A DNA stretch of 24,000 bases, taken from the NCBI GenBank assembly GCA_025359865.1, contig JANYDH010000166.1:1-24000 (forward strand), written 5' to 3'. The translations under genes were made by a program, and so were the position numbers. The notes beneath the pieces are model-generated. The model was not told the origin of the DNA. It worked only from the letters and a program-made list of their open reading frames with translations, and ran no database searches. Shown in pieces: positions 7,245 through 20,447 of the stretch (position 1 is its first letter; each line of letters starts with the position of its first letter). This DNA is from Actinomycetes bacterium. Its GTDB lineage: Bacteria > Actinomycetota > Acidimicrobiia > Acidimicrobiales > Ilumatobacteraceae.

Positions 7245-7279
7245 GAAACGAGACCCGGGAGGTGAGTCCCGGGTCTCGT
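7245..7279 (-). terminator. Intrinsic terminator candidate downstream of rpoC
   Basis: The minus-sense sequence is ACGAGACCCGGGA-CUCACC-UCCCGGGUCUCGU followed by UUUCG. This is a perfect 13-bp GC-rich stem about 50 nt after the rpoC stop, with a short U-tract. Confidence 0.55.
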
Positions 7280-7329
7280 CGATGAACGAACTGATTTTGC
7301 CTTGCGGGCAGGCACCGAAGGCCTCAACG

Positions 7330-11211
<3,882 letters not shown>

Positions 11212-11243
11212 CGCAGTTCCTCTTTTCGTCTTGTCAGGTCTGA

Positions 11244-14200
11244 TCAGTAGCTGCGCTCGCGGCGTGCTGCCCGCTCACGGTCGTCTTCGTCGGTGCCGCG
11301 TTCGTTGCGACTGATATCGATGCCGAGTTCTTCGGCGGCGCGGAACACGTCTTCGTCGATCTCGCGCATCTCGATCTCGGTACCGTCAGCTTGCAGCACC
11401 TCGACGTTGAGGCACAACGCCTGCATCTCCTTCATGAGCACCTTGAAGCTCTCGGGGATGCCCGGCTCGGGAACGTTCTCTCCCTTGACGATCGACTCAT
11501 AGACCTTGACTCGGCCGAGCACATCGTCGGACTTGATCGTGAGCAGTTCTTGCAGGCAGTACGCCGCACCGTAGGCCTCGAGGGCCCACACTTCCATTTC
11601 ACCGAAACGCTGGCCGCCGAACTGAGCCTTACCACCAAGCGGCTGCTGGGTGATCATGCTGTACGGGCCGGTGGAACGGGCGTGGATCTTGTCGTCGACC
11701 ATGTGCGCCAACTTGATGATGTACATGTATCCAATGGTGATCCGGTTGTCGTACGGGTCGCCTGTGCGGCCGTTGTACAACACGGTCTTACCATCGGTAC
11801 CGATCAGTCGGTCGCCGTCCACCGTCTCGGGATTGATGTTTTCGAGAATGCTCTGGATGGTCGGGTGCTTGCCGGCGGTTTCATCCTCATCCCAGTGGGC
11901 ACCGTCGAACACCGGCGTGGCCACGAACATCGACGGCTTGGTGTTGGGGCGGGTCTTGGTCTCGGTGCCGCGGATCGGTTCGTCGCCAACCTTGACGCCG
12001 CCGTTCTTGACGTCGGTCCAGCCCCAGCGGGCTGCGTAACCGAGGTGTGCTTCGAGCACCTGGCCGACGTTCATGCGGCTCGGCACGCCGAGCGGGTTGA
12101 GGATGATATCGACCGGGCTGCCGTCAGATGTGTAGGGCATGTCTTCGACCGGAAGGATCTTGGAGATGACGCCCTTGTTGCCGTGGCGACCAGCGAGCTT
12201 GTCACCCACCGAGATCTTGCGCTTCTGGGCAACGTACACGCGCACCAACTGGTTGACGCCCGGGGGCAACTCGTCTCCCTCGGCACGGTTGAACACCTTG
12301 ACGTCGATGACCTTGCCGTTTTCACCGTGCGGCACCTTCAGGCTGGTGTCGCGCACCTCGCGGGCCTTTTCACCGAAGATCGCCCGCAGCAGACGCTCTT
12401 CCGGCGTGAGCTCGGTCTCACCCTTTGGCGTGACCTTGCCGACGAGTACATCGCCGGGGCCGACTTCAGCACCGACGCGGATGATGCCACGATCGTCGAG
12501 ATCGCGCAGGATGTCGTCGGACAGGTTGGGGATGTCACGGCTGATCTCTTCCGGTCCCAGCTTGGTGTCACGGGCATCGACCTCGTGCTCATGAATGTGG
12601 ATCGACGTGAGTACGTCGTCTTTCACGAGCCGCTCGCTGAGGATGATGGCGTCTTCGAAGTTGTAACCCTCCCATGGCATGAGGGCCACGAGTAGGTTCT
12701 TACCGAGCGCCAGTTCGCCATGATCGGTCGATGGACCGTCGGCGAGGATGGTGCCCTTTTCGATCTTTTCGCCTTCGACCACGCGTACCCGGTGGTTAAT
12801 GCAGGTGTCTTGGTTGCTGCGCCGGAACTTGGCGAGTTTGTAGGTCTGCTTGCCGGTGTCGTCGTACTGCACGGAGATGGAATCGCCACTGACCTCGGTG
12901 ACCCTGCCAGGGCCGGTGGCCTGGATGAGATCGGCCGCGTCACGCGCCGCACGGTCTTCGATACCGGTACCGATGTATGGCGCTTCAGCGCGGACCAAGG
13001 GCACGGCCTGGCGTTGCATGTTGGCACCCATGAGCGCCCGGTTGGCATCATCGTGCTCAAGGAACGGGATGAGTGCAGTCGCTACCGACACGATCTGGCG
13101 CGGGCTGACGTCCATCAACTGCACCTCGTCGGGCGTGACAGAGGCGATGTCGGTCGTCGCCGCAAAGAACGCTTCGGCTTCGAGCATCTGCTTGAGGTCT
13201 TCGAGGCTGGCCGCCTGGGGGCTGCGGCGACACAGGATGCGGTCGGTCTTGAACGATCCATCTGCGTCGATCGGTGTGTTGGCCTGGGCGACGACGTACT
13301 TCTCTTCCTCGTCGGCGGCCATGTACCGAATCTCGTCGGTGACCTTGCCATTGACGACCACACGATACGGCGTCTCGATGAAGCCGAACTCGTTGACACG
13401 GGCAAACGTGCTGAGTGCGCCGATCAGGCCGATGTTCGGGCCTTCCGGGGTCTCGATGGGGCACATCCGGCCGTAGTGACTGAAGTGCACATCGCGGACT
13501 TCGAAGCCGGCACGCTCACGACTGAGCCCGCCGGGCCCGAGGGCCGACAGACGACGGCGGTGGGTGAGACCGGACAGCGGATTGACCTGGTCCATGAACT
13601 GCGAGAGTTGGCTGGTACCGAAGAACTCTTTGATGGCCGCAACGACGGGGCGAATGTTCACCAAGGTGGTCGGCGTGATGGCCTCGACATCTTGGGTGGT
13701 CATCCGCTCGCGAACGACGCGCTCCATGCGGCTGAGGCCGATACGAACCTGGTTCTGGATCAGTTCGCCTACCGAACGGATACGGCGGTTGGCAAAGTGG
13801 TCTTGGTCGTCGAGGCTGTATCCGGGCTCTTGCTTGACGAGGTGGAGCATGTAGCTGAGTGCAGCCACCACCTCACACCGGCTGAGCACATCCTGGTCGT
13901 CGGTGGGCAGGTCGAGCAGCGGTCCGCTCAGCCCTGGGGGCCCGGCCACCGTGGGCTCGTCACTCGTGAGGCCGAACAGTTCGCCCAGCTTGGCAACTTC
14001 GGAGCCGAGCTTGCGGTTGAGCTTGTAGCGACCGACGCGCGACAAGTCGTACCGGCGGTTCTCGAAGAACGCGTTACGGAAGTAGGCACGGGCGGACTCG
14101 ACCGTGGGCGGCTCACCGGGGCGGGCACGCTTGTAGATCTCGACCAATGCCTCGTCCTGGGAGGGGGCGATGTGGCGCTCTTTTTCCCACTGCCCTTCGA

Positions 14201-14888
14201 GAAAGTCGAAGTGGTTGACGAACCGGTCGATGAAACCCGGGGCGTGCTCTTCGTCGTAACCGAGCGCACGCAACAGCACGAAGATGCCCATCCGGCGCTT
14301 GCGGGCAATACGGGTACCGGCGGTGACGTCCTTGCCGGGCTTGTGCTCGACATCGAACTCCATCCACTCGCCGCGGTATGGGTGCACCGTGCCCTTGACA
14401 AGCTGGTGCTTGCTGAGGTTGCGCAAACGGTACCGCTCGCCGGCTTCGAAGATGACGCCAGGGCTACGCACCAGTTGGCTGACGACGACACGCTCGGTGC
14501 CGTTGATGATGAACGTTCCCTTTTCGGTCATCATCGGGAAGTCGCCCATGAAGACGGTCTGTTCTTTGATTTCTCCGGTGTTGCGGTTCATGAACCGAGC
14601 GCGCACGAAGATCGGCGCGCTGTACGTCATGTCCTTTTCTTTGCATTCGGCCACCGTGAACTTGGGCGGCGGACGGAGATCTTCGTCATCCGGATCGAAC
14701 TCGAGTTCGAGCTGCAGCGACTCGCTGAAGTCCTTGATCGGCGAGATGTCGCGGAATGTCTCTGCGAGTCCCTCGTTCAGGAACCACACAAAGCTCTCAC
14801 GTTGCACGGCGATCAGGTCGGGCAACTCCAATGGATCTTGAAGGTTGGCGAACGAATAACGTTCGCGGGAGGTGGAACGAGAGGCCAC
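11244..14888 (-). CDS. rpoB: DNA-directed RNA polymerase subunit beta
   Basis: 1214 aa. Contains [30 protein letters not shown] (the rifampicin-cluster region) and ...[23 protein letters not shown] start with a GAGGAG Shine-Dalgarno sequence 7 nt upstream. Confidence 0.98.
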   Translation of the reverse strand: MASRSTSRERYSFANLQDPLELPDLIAVQRESFVWFLNEGLAETFRDISPIKDFSESLQLELEFDPDDEDLRPPPKFTVAECKEKDMTYSAPIFVRARFMNRNTGEIKEQTVFMGDFPMMTEKGTFIINGTERVVVSQLVRSPGVIFEAGERYRLRNLSKHQLVKGTVHPYRGEWMEFDVEHKPGKDVTAGTRIARKRRMGIFVLLRALGYDEEHAPGFIDRFVNHFDFLEGQWEKERHIAPSQDEALVEIYKRARPGEPPTVESARAYFRNAFFENRRYDLSRVGRYKLNRKLGSEVAKLGELFGLTSDEPTVAGPPGLSGPLLDLPTDDQDVLSRCEVVAALSYMLHLVKQEPGYSLDDQDHFANRRIRSVGELIQNQVRIGLSRMERVVRERMTTQDVEAITPTTLVNIRPVVAAIKEFFGTSQLSQFMDQVNPLSGLTHRRRLSALGPGGLSRERAGFEVRDVHFSHYGRMCPIETPEGPNIGLIGALSTFARVNEFGFIETPYRVVVNGKVTDEIRYMAADEEEKYVVAQANTPIDADGSFKTDRILCRRSPQAASLEDLKQMLEAEAFFAATTDIASVTPDEVQLMDVSPRQIVSVATALIPFLEHDDANRALMGANMQRQAVPLVRAEAPYIGTGIEDRAARDAADLIQATGPGRVTEVSGDSISVQYDDTGKQTYKLAKFRRSNQDTCINHRVRVVEGEKIEKGTILADGPSTDHGELALGKNLLVALMPWEGYNFEDAIILSERLVKDDVLTSIHIHEHEVDARDTKLGPEEISRDIPNLSDDILRDLDDRGIIRVGAEVGPGDVLVGKVTPKGETELTPEERLLRAIFGEKAREVRDTSLKVPHGENGKVIDVKVFNRAEGDELPPGVNQLVRVYVAQKRKISVGDKLAGRHGNKGVISKILPVEDMPYTSDGSPVDIILNPLGVPSRMNVGQVLEAHLGYAARWGWTDVKNGGVKVGDEPIRGTETKTRPNTKPSMFVATPVFDGAHWDEDETAGKHPTIQSILENINPETVDGDRLIGTDGKTVLYNGRTGDPYDNRITIGYMYIIKLAHMVDDKIHARSTGPYSMITQQPLGGKAQFGGQRFGEMEVWALEAYGAAYCLQELLTIKSDDVLGRVKVYESIVKGENVPEPGIPESFKVLMKEMQALCLNVEVLQADGTEIEMREIDEDVFRAAEELGIDISRNERGTDEDDRERAARRERSY

Positions 14889-14981
14889 AGCTTCACTCCT
14901 CGAGGTCGGGCGGCAAGGGGACGCGCGCGGTCATACCGACAAGAGCAAGATGACGGAACACACAACGCACGGCAACCGGTG

Positions 14982-15011
14982 ATCCTATCCACATGGGACG
15001 ACCAACGTCAA
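14982..15011 (-). promoter_or_regulatory. Candidate promoter for rpoBC
   Basis: The minus-sense sequence is TTGACG - 18 nt - TAGGAT, about 95 nt upstream of the rpoB GTG. This is a motif match only. Confidence 0.3.
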
Positions 15012-15144
15012 CCGTCGACGGCCTTTGGCCGAACGGTTCATCCGATGGGAGAACGGTAAGCCCGAATCCGTCAGAAAGTCAAGGATTTCGATCCAATCCT
15101 CGACAACTGACGCGCCGGCTGGCGCCATCAGGCAGACTCAGATC

Positions 15145-16419
15145 ATGCAGGAGGCCGGCCCAGCGGGCGTTGATCACTGGTTGGCGATTCTCTCAGGCCC
15201 GCGCACCTGGATCGACGACGACGCCGGCCGGTCAGGCGTACAGCGACTTGCCGGGGGCCTGCAAATCCTGGCTGCGCTGTGCGCCTCCAGCGCTGTCGTC
15301 GCGCTGTGGGCCCGCAACAGGCCCGCTGGCACCCAGGTCGTGGCGCGCCTCGCCCCATTCGGACTGGGCTTGGCGATGGTAGGGATGATCGCTCGATCGC
15401 TCATCGAAGGGCTAGGCGTCGAGCGAACGGCATCGGCACTGTGGCGGAATGTGCCGACCCGTGGGCTTCTCGCGTTGCTGCTGTTGGGTTCGTTGTACGC
15501 AATGACGCCAGGCTGGCCGGCACTCGTGTCGTGGCCGCTCGGCGTTGCAATTGGCTGCGATGTTGCGGCAACAACTTCATTGATCGGCTGGACCTTGTCC
15601 CCGCTGGGGTGGTGGACAGCGTTCCTGCGTTCACCATTGCACCTCGGGGTGATCGGCGGACTCGTCGGCGCCGCCGTTGCCAACGACTCCGGCGGGACGG
15701 TCGCCAACGCGCTACCGGTGTACGCCGTGATCCAGACTTGGGTGTTCGTCGCGGCGATGACCATGTGGTGGCTCCGCCGGATCCGGGTATCGGAACGTAC
15801 CGGCGTGCTCGACGCGATCCGCCAGACAGCCCACCTCGAGCGACGACGAAGCGCTCACTGGTTGCACGACGATCTGCTCGCCGAGCTCCGCCTCGTCACG
15901 ATCAAGGTGCAAAGCGGTAAGGCCAACCTCGCTGAGGTGGAAGTCCTCCTCGACGACCTCGACTTTCAACTCCGCGTCCGCCAACTCGACCAATTGCTGG
16001 ACTCAGGAACGATCCGGGTCGGTGAGGCGCTGCAACCGTACATTCGTCGTGCTCAGAATTTCGGCGTCGAGATCGTGGCCGTGCCGTCATATGACACGGC
16101 GTCGCTGACGCTGGAGCCCGAAGCCGGCAGGCTGTTCAGCCATGCAGCCGCAATTCTCACGTCGAACGCACTCAACGCAGGCGCCCACCGCCTTGGCTTC
16201 CACATCGACGGGAACACATCGCTGCTCACCCTCACCATCACCGACGACGCCGGGGGCTTCGATGCCTCCGAACTTCCCGCCGGTCGCGGCTTGTGGACGC
16301 TCGCCCAGGATCTCGGCGCCACCAATGTGACTGTGCACCCCGTCGACGGCGGCAGTCGGGTCGAGGCAGTCATCCCGCTCCACACGAAACAAGATCATGG
16401 CGCAACTGCTGCTGGTTGA
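15145..16419 (+). CDS. Sensor histidine kinase, HisKA_3 (NarX/DesK-like) type, with a polytopic membrane N-terminus and no obvious periplasmic domain
   Basis: Several hydrophobic helices occupy the first ~230 aa. The H-box ERRRSAHWLHDDLLAEL is followed by a HATPase_c-like C-terminus (NALNAG...ITDDAGGFD...GRGLWTLAQ). Start chosen at ATG 15145. The track ORF start at 15025 is a TTG, and the true start is uncertain. Confidence 0.8.
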   Translation: MQEAGPAGVDHWLAILSGPRTWIDDDAGRSGVQRLAGGLQILAALCASSAVVALWARNRPAGTQVVARLAPFGLGLAMVGMIARSLIEGLGVERTASALWRNVPTRGLLALLLLGSLYAMTPGWPALVSWPLGVAIGCDVAATTSLIGWTLSPLGWWTAFLRSPLHLGVIGGLVGAAVANDSGGTVANALPVYAVIQTWVFVAAMTMWWLRRIRVSERTGVLDAIRQTAHLERRRSAHWLHDDLLAELRLVTIKVQSGKANLAEVEVLLDDLDFQLRVRQLDQLLDSGTIRVGEALQPYIRRAQNFGVEIVAVPSYDTASLTLEPEAGRLFSHAAAILTSNALNAGAHRLGFHIDGNTSLLTLTITDDAGGFDASELPAGRGLWTLAQDLGATNVTVHPVDGGSRVEAVIPLHTKQDHGATAAG

Positions 16420-17104
16420 CGACGCGAGTGCGCTCGCCGAACTCTTCGCGGACGTGATCCGCTCGACGCTCGGCCATGAGGTCGCCGTCGCCGTGACGCT
16501 GCGCGACGTGTCAGCCGTGCTCGGTCGGCTCTCTCGCCTCGATCTTGCTGTGGTCGATCTGTCGTTTCCACAGGAGCCGGGAAGCGGCCTCGATGCGCTG
16601 GTCGAGATTCACGCGGCGCGGCCCGAAGCGCTCCTCGCAGTCATCACCCAAGGCGATGACTGGGTCGCTGAACTCCTGCGCGATGCCTGGGAGCTGCTAC
16701 CGGTCGCCACCGTGATCTCGAAGAGCGCTCCGCTCGCGTACCAACTCGATGCGATCAGCCAAGTCATCGAGCACGGTTGCGCTCCAATCGACCCGGCGAT
16801 TCAGCCGTTGCTCCCGCTTCACCGGCCCTCGGCTCGTACCGTCGCTCGATTTGGCGAACTCGTTCAACATGCCGGGCACGCCAAGCTGTGGAACGCACTG
16901 CTCGCTTCGACCGACCCGTCATACAAGCAGATCGCTGACCTGTCCGGGTTGAAACTGAACACAGTGAAGAATTACCGCGTTCAACTGTTACCCGAACTCG
17001 AAGTCCACGGCTTGCACGAGCCGACTCTGCGCCAGATGCGCGACTTCGCGGTGCGCTGCAAAGCCTTTCTCACACCATTCCTCAACGTGGCCCCAACAGT
17101 GTGA
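16397..17104 (+). CDS. Response regulator: REC domain, extended linker and a C-terminal LuxR/NarL-like HTH
   Basis: LLLVDD, DLAVVDLSFP (phospho-acceptor Asp context), AVITQG and ISKS are REC landmarks. The C-terminal SYKQIADLSGLKLNTVKNYRVQLLPEL resembles a LuxR-type HTH. The ATG overlaps the kinase 3' end by 23 nt. Confidence 0.8.
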   Translation: MAQLLLVDDASALAELFADVIRSTLGHEVAVAVTLRDVSAVLGRLSRLDLAVVDLSFPQEPGSGLDALVEIHAARPEALLAVITQGDDWVAELLRDAWELLPVATVISKSAPLAYQLDAISQVIEHGCAPIDPAIQPLLPLHRPSARTVARFGELVQHAGHAKLWNALLASTDPSYKQIADLSGLKLNTVKNYRVQLLPELEVHGLHEPTLRQMRDFAVRCKAFLTPFLNVAPTV

Positions 17105-17463
17105 ACCGCTGGGTCACCTCGTCGATCGCCTTTTCAATCGGGCTCGGAGGTTCATTCGTGGCGTTCACCAGCAACGAGTCGACCCTCAACGCAGTCAACC
17201 AGGGCGCCAAGCTTGGCCCAGCAACGGTGACGAGCTACTGCCAGGAGCGATTCGGTTCAACCGGCTTCGGCGTGTTGCCGCTGCTGCCAACAGGCAGGTG
17301 GAGCTGTACGAGTGCGGTCAATGGGCTGTTCAACACCGTCGACGTCGACCTCGACGAGGTCTGTGGGCAGAAGTACGGCAAGCCGGCATACGCCGCAGTG
17401 TTCGATGCGTCCACGCCGTTCGGCTGGGACTGCCGTCGCGGCCAATCTCCAGCGCCGGGGTGA
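17101..17463 (+). CDS. Hypothetical small exported/membrane-anchored protein with 4 Cys (120 aa)
   Basis: The GTG start forms a GTGA overlap with the regulator's stop codon. There is an N-terminal hydrophobic segment (VTSSIAFSIGLGGSFVAF) and four spaced cysteines. I recognise no family. Confidence 0.55.
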   Translation: MNRWVTSSIAFSIGLGGSFVAFTSNESTLNAVNQGAKLGPATVTSYCQERFGSTGFGVLPLLPTGRWSCTSAVNGLFNTVDVDLDEVCGQKYGKPAYAAVFDASTPFGWDCRRGQSPAPG

Positions 17464-17503
17464 CCCACACACCTCGCCCGTCGTTAACTTGCCCGGCATT
17501 AAC

Positions 17504-19096
17504 TCAGCCTGCGGCATTGGCCTTTTCGAAGACGGCAATCAACTCATTTGCCTGGCGAGTCAACTGCACCAGCGTCTCATGCGCCGTGGTCGTTCCCGAG
17601 ACCAACGCTTCTGTCGCGGCGAAGAGCAATCGTTCGATCTCTTTGTCCGGGCCGTACAGCGCTCCAGCGGTCGCGTCGCTGCCTGAGGTGGAGACCAACT
17701 GGTCGTAGGCCACGCGGAACTGTGGATGCGCTGCCCAGGCGCGTTGCACCGAGGGGTCATCGGCGACGATTTCGCTCGGCGGAACGTAACCGGTAACAGC
17801 ATCGAGCGGGCCTAGGTGTTCCGGACGGACCAGCCACAGTGCAACGTCGTTCGCCGCGCCGACTCGTGACGGATCGCCGTTGTCGATCAGCCACAACGCG
17901 TTGCCTCCGACGAGAGCGCCCACGCCCGGCCCAGGCATAGGACCAACCCCAACCTCGATGCCAGGGAACGATCCCGACTCGACAAACTGGATGACATCAC
18001 CCAAAGAACCCGACGTGTGCACCACCATCGCGCCCCCGGAGGCGGGTGTCCCGACCTGGATCAGATCGTCATAGGTCGAGTTGTTCCCACCGATGAATTG
18101 CCCGTCGCCAGTGGCGACGAGATCGGACAGCCACTGCAGCGCCGTCTCGTTGTCCGGCGTCACATAGTCGACCGTTATCCCATCGCCATTTCGACCGTTG
18201 GCAGGGCTAGCGACGAGATCACCGCGTTGTGCTGACCACTGGTTGATGACCATCGAGGCGTACCAGGTGGTAACTACCATGCCAAAGGGTCGTGCGCCCG
18301 ACGTGACCAGCTGCCGAGACGCAGCGCGCACCTGCTCGAGGGTGGCTGGCGGATGCGCTGGATCGAGTCCCGCAGTCCGAAACGCCGCTGCGTCGAAGAA
18401 CAACACCGGTGTGGACACACCGTAGGGATACGCCTGCATCACGCCGCCGCTGCTGTAGGTCGCGGCGACGACCGGGAGCAGACCCGCGTTGATGTCCGCC
18501 TGCCCAGCGCACTCGCCTGGCGCAACCGTGAGGTTGTTCGTCATGAACCGTTTCATGGCCGACGGTGCTTGGATCACCAGATCTGGCCATGCCGAGCGTT
18601 CGGTCTCCGCGAGATGGGCCATGAGCGACTCGGAGCCGCCCTGCCAGGTGACCACCAGCGTGATGGAAGGGTGGGTGGCGTTGAACTCGGCCACCTGGCC
18701 ATCGAACGTATCGGGGCCCGCATAGCCACCCAACGAGTGCCAGACGCTGACGTCGGTATGGCCCTGCGCAGCTGAACACCGACTCGCTGCAGGCAACGCC
18801 GCTGTCTCGGGATCGGTTTCGGGCTCGGTTTGTTCCTGCGTGCCGTTCGGTTCGGTGGCGGTGGCCGGTTGGGCGTCGGTGGCCGGCATCTCCGGCGTCT
18901 CCGTCGTCTCGGTCGTCTCGGTCGGCGACGTTCGCGAAACGCTAGCGGTGGACAGATCAGCCCCCGGGGCCGAAGTACCACTGCCCGAACAGGCCACCAG
19001 GACAACGACGCCGAACAACCCCAGCGTCTTGTTCAAACGCACGCTACGAACTCGGTGGCGAGGCGTCGCTGCTACATCTCGGTGGTGCACGATCAC
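17504..19096 (-). CDS. ABC-transporter extracellular solute-binding lipoprotein (family 1, sugar/glycerol-phosphate-like); orphan, with no permease or ATPase nearby
   Basis: Lipobox LVAC within RLNKTLGLFGVVVLVAC|SGSG, followed by a TETTETTETPE-type low-complexity linker. The core contains YPYGVSTPVLFFDAAAFRTAGLDP, typical of SBP_bac_1 proteins. The track start is GTG 19096. GTG 19042 (VRLNKT...) would give a more typical signal peptide. Confidence 0.82.
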   Translation of the reverse strand: MIVHHRDVAATPRHRVRSVRLNKTLGLFGVVVLVACSGSGTSAPGADLSTASVSRTSPTETTETTETPEMPATDAQPATATEPNGTQEQTEPETDPETAALPAASRCSAAQGHTDVSVWHSLGGYAGPDTFDGQVAEFNATHPSITLVVTWQGGSESLMAHLAETERSAWPDLVIQAPSAMKRFMTNNLTVAPGECAGQADINAGLLPVVAATYSSGGVMQAYPYGVSTPVLFFDAAAFRTAGLDPAHPPATLEQVRAASRQLVTSGARPFGMVVTTWYASMVINQWSAQRGDLVASPANGRNGDGITVDYVTPDNETALQWLSDLVATGDGQFIGGNNSTYDDLIQVGTPASGGAMVVHTSGSLGDVIQFVESGSFPGIEVGVGPMPGPGVGALVGGNALWLIDNGDPSRVGAANDVALWLVRPEHLGPLDAVTGYVPPSEIVADDPSVQRAWAAHPQFRVAYDQLVSTSGSDATAGALYGPDKEIERLLFAATEALVSGTTTAHETLVQLTRQANELIAVFEKANAAG

Positions 19097-19138
19097 AGTC
19101 TGACCCGCCCGGAAACTATTCCCGCTTCAACGACAGCA

Positions 19139-19175
19139 CTGCCCGGGTCGCTCGAAGCAGAGACAACCCGGGCAG
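19139..19175 (-). terminator. Hairpin terminator/attenuator candidate downstream of rplL
   Basis: Perfect 10-bp inverted repeat CUGCCCGGGU - 17 nt - ACCCGGGCAG, 55 nt after the rplL stop, followed by the moderately U-rich UGCUGUCGUU. Confidence 0.5.
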
Positions 19176-19229
19176 TACATGGAACTTTTGATAGGGAGGG
19201 CCGCATCAGGCAGCCACCCCCTAGTGAAA

Positions 19230-19607
19230 TCACTTGACTTCGACGGTAGCTCCGGCCTCGGCCAGCTTCGACTTGGCCGCCTCGGCGGCCTCCTTGGTGA
19301 CCTTTTCGAGCACGGCCTTCGGCGCGGCATCGACCAGATCCTTGGCTTCCTTGAGGCCCAGGCTGGTCAGCTCACGCACGACCTTGATGACCTGGATCTT
19401 CTGGGCACCTGCGGCGGAGAGGATGACGTCGAACTCGTCCTGCTCTTCTTCGACTGGGGCAGCAGCGCCAGCACCCGCAGCAGCGACAGCTACCGGAGCT
19501 GCGGCGGTGACGCCGAACTTCTCTTCGAACGCGTCGAGCAGTTCCTTCAGCTCGATGACGGTCAGGTTGGCGATGGCGTCGAGGATCTCGTCCTTGGTGA
19601 TTGCCAT
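19230..19607 (-). CDS. rplL: 50S ribosomal protein L7/L12
   Basis: [33 protein letters not shown]..., an Ala-rich hinge, then [23 protein letters not shown]...EAGATVEVK. Canonical L7/L12. Confidence 0.96.
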   Translation of the reverse strand: MAITKDEILDAIANLTVIELKELLDAFEEKFGVTAAAPVAVAAAGAGAAAPVEEEQDEFDVILSAAGAQKIQVIKVVRELTSLGLKEAKDLVDAAPKAVLEKVTKEAAEAAKSKLAEAGATVEVK

Positions 19608-19621
19608 GATGGTTTCTCCCT

Positions 19622-19663
19622 TACGAATTGTTGACTACGAATTGTTGACTACGAATTGTTGAT
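19622..19663. repeat. 14-nt tandem repeat x3 in the rplJ-rplL spacer (plus strand tacgaattgttgac x2, then tacgaattgttgat)
   Basis: Read directly from the sequence. The mRNA-sense unit is (G/A)UCAACAAUUCGUA. The last copy abuts the rplL Shine-Dalgarno sequence (AAGGGAGAAACCAUCAUG). Confidence 0.9.
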
Positions 19664-19683
19664 GCAGCTGACCCGGGACGGTG

Positions 19684-20217
19684 TCAGGCCGCTTCCTTTT
19701 GATCGATGAGCGCCTTGAGGCCATAGGCCAGATTACGCGGCAACGCCTGCAGTAGGCCGGCTGTCTTGACGAGCGGGGCCTGCAATGCGCCTGCGAACTG
19801 AGCGAGGAGAACCTCACGGCTCGGCAGTTCGGCGAGGGACTCGATATCGATGGCTCGCAATGCCTTGCCGGCCATCACGCCGCCCTTCAGGACGAGCAGC
19901 GGGGTGGCCTTCGATGCGTCTCGCAATGCCTTGGCCACCGCGGCTGGATCTCCGCTGACGAATGTGATGGCAGTAGGACCGCTGAGCAATTCGCTCAGCG
20001 ACGCAACGCCTGCACGCTCGGCGGCAAAACGGGCCAGGGTGTTCTTGTACACCTTGAACTCGCCTCCGCCGGCGCGAAGCTGGCGACGCAGTGCTGCCAG
20101 CTGGCCAACGCTGAGACCGCGATATTCCGCCACGAAGACCGCATCGGCGGCCTCCAGCTTGGCCGTGATCTCATCGACCACGGCAACCTTTTCGACTCTT
20201 GGATTGTCGGTTGTCAT
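19684..20217 (-). CDS. rplJ: 50S ribosomal protein L10
   Basis: MTTDNPRVEKVAVVDEITAKLEAADAVFVAEYRGLSVGQLAALRRQLRAGGGEFKVYKNTLARFA is canonical L10. ATG 20217 is preceded by GAGAGGAGG. The 40 upstream codons of the track ORF are leader sequence. Confidence 0.9.
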   Translation of the reverse strand: MTTDNPRVEKVAVVDEITAKLEAADAVFVAEYRGLSVGQLAALRRQLRAGGGEFKVYKNTLARFAAERAGVASLSELLSGPTAITFVSGDPAAVAKALRDASKATPLLVLKGGVMAGKALRAIDIESLAELPSREVLLAQFAGALQAPLVKTAGLLQALPRNLAYGLKALIDQKEAA

Positions 20218-20447
20218 TTTCCTGTACACCTCCTCTCGGGGGGTGACGTAGCTCTCGCTACGACTTGGGGTGCCCGCGTGAGCGAACACCCCGAGGAGCA
20301 AGAGTTCCGTAAGGAACACGAACCACTCGGAAAGCATTCACCTCGGCTGGTGGGGCGAACCCATTGACCCGTGAGGGACCAGCGGTCTGCGGCGAGCGAC
20401 CGTATTTCGATTGAACCTACAGGCTACCGCCTACCGGTGGCTGATCG
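20218..20447 (-). promoter_or_regulatory. Structured 230-nt rplJ 5' leader (candidate L10-L12 autoregulatory leader and/or internal promoter)
   Basis: An unusually long spacer after rplA. Hairpins visible in the mRNA sense include GUUCC-UUAC-GGAAC, GGGGUG...CACCCC and CGUAGC-GAGA-GCUACG (GNRA loop). The function is inferred from the known L10 leader autoregulation in other bacteria and has not been matched to a covariance model. Confidence 0.3.

Noticed and set aside
14985-14993. A DnaA-box-like 9-mer (CTATCCACA, 8/9 match to TTATCCACA) in the rpoB upstream region.
   Set aside because: It is a single, imperfect occurrence. Several such near-matches are expected by chance in 24 kb on two strands. 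There is no box cluster and no AT-rich unwinding element.
12720-15059. A 779-aa plus-strand ORF and other long ORFs antisense to rpoB and rpoC (for example 11391-12695, 7141-8355, 9301-9957, 8578-9213, 10510-11142).
   Set aside because: They lie exactly antisense to unmistakable rpoB/rpoC coding sequence. Their translations are low-complexity (rich in Arg, Ala, Gly, Val, Asp, Leu, His) with no motifs. Long stop-free antisense frames are the expected by-product of strong GC3 bias in high-GC genomes.
15025-15144. A 40-codon N-terminal extension of the sensor kinase (track start at 15025).
   Set aside because: That start is a TTG with no RBS, sits inside the nested palindrome, and adds a hydrophilic non-conserved-looking segment. 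ATG 15145 is preferred, but the true start remains uncertain.
17483-17503. The inverted repeat GTTAA-N11-TTAAC between the convergent 4-Cys gene and the SBP gene, considered as a bidirectional terminator.
   Set aside because: It has only a 5-bp A/T-rich stem with an 11-nt loop and no U-tract, which is too weak to call.
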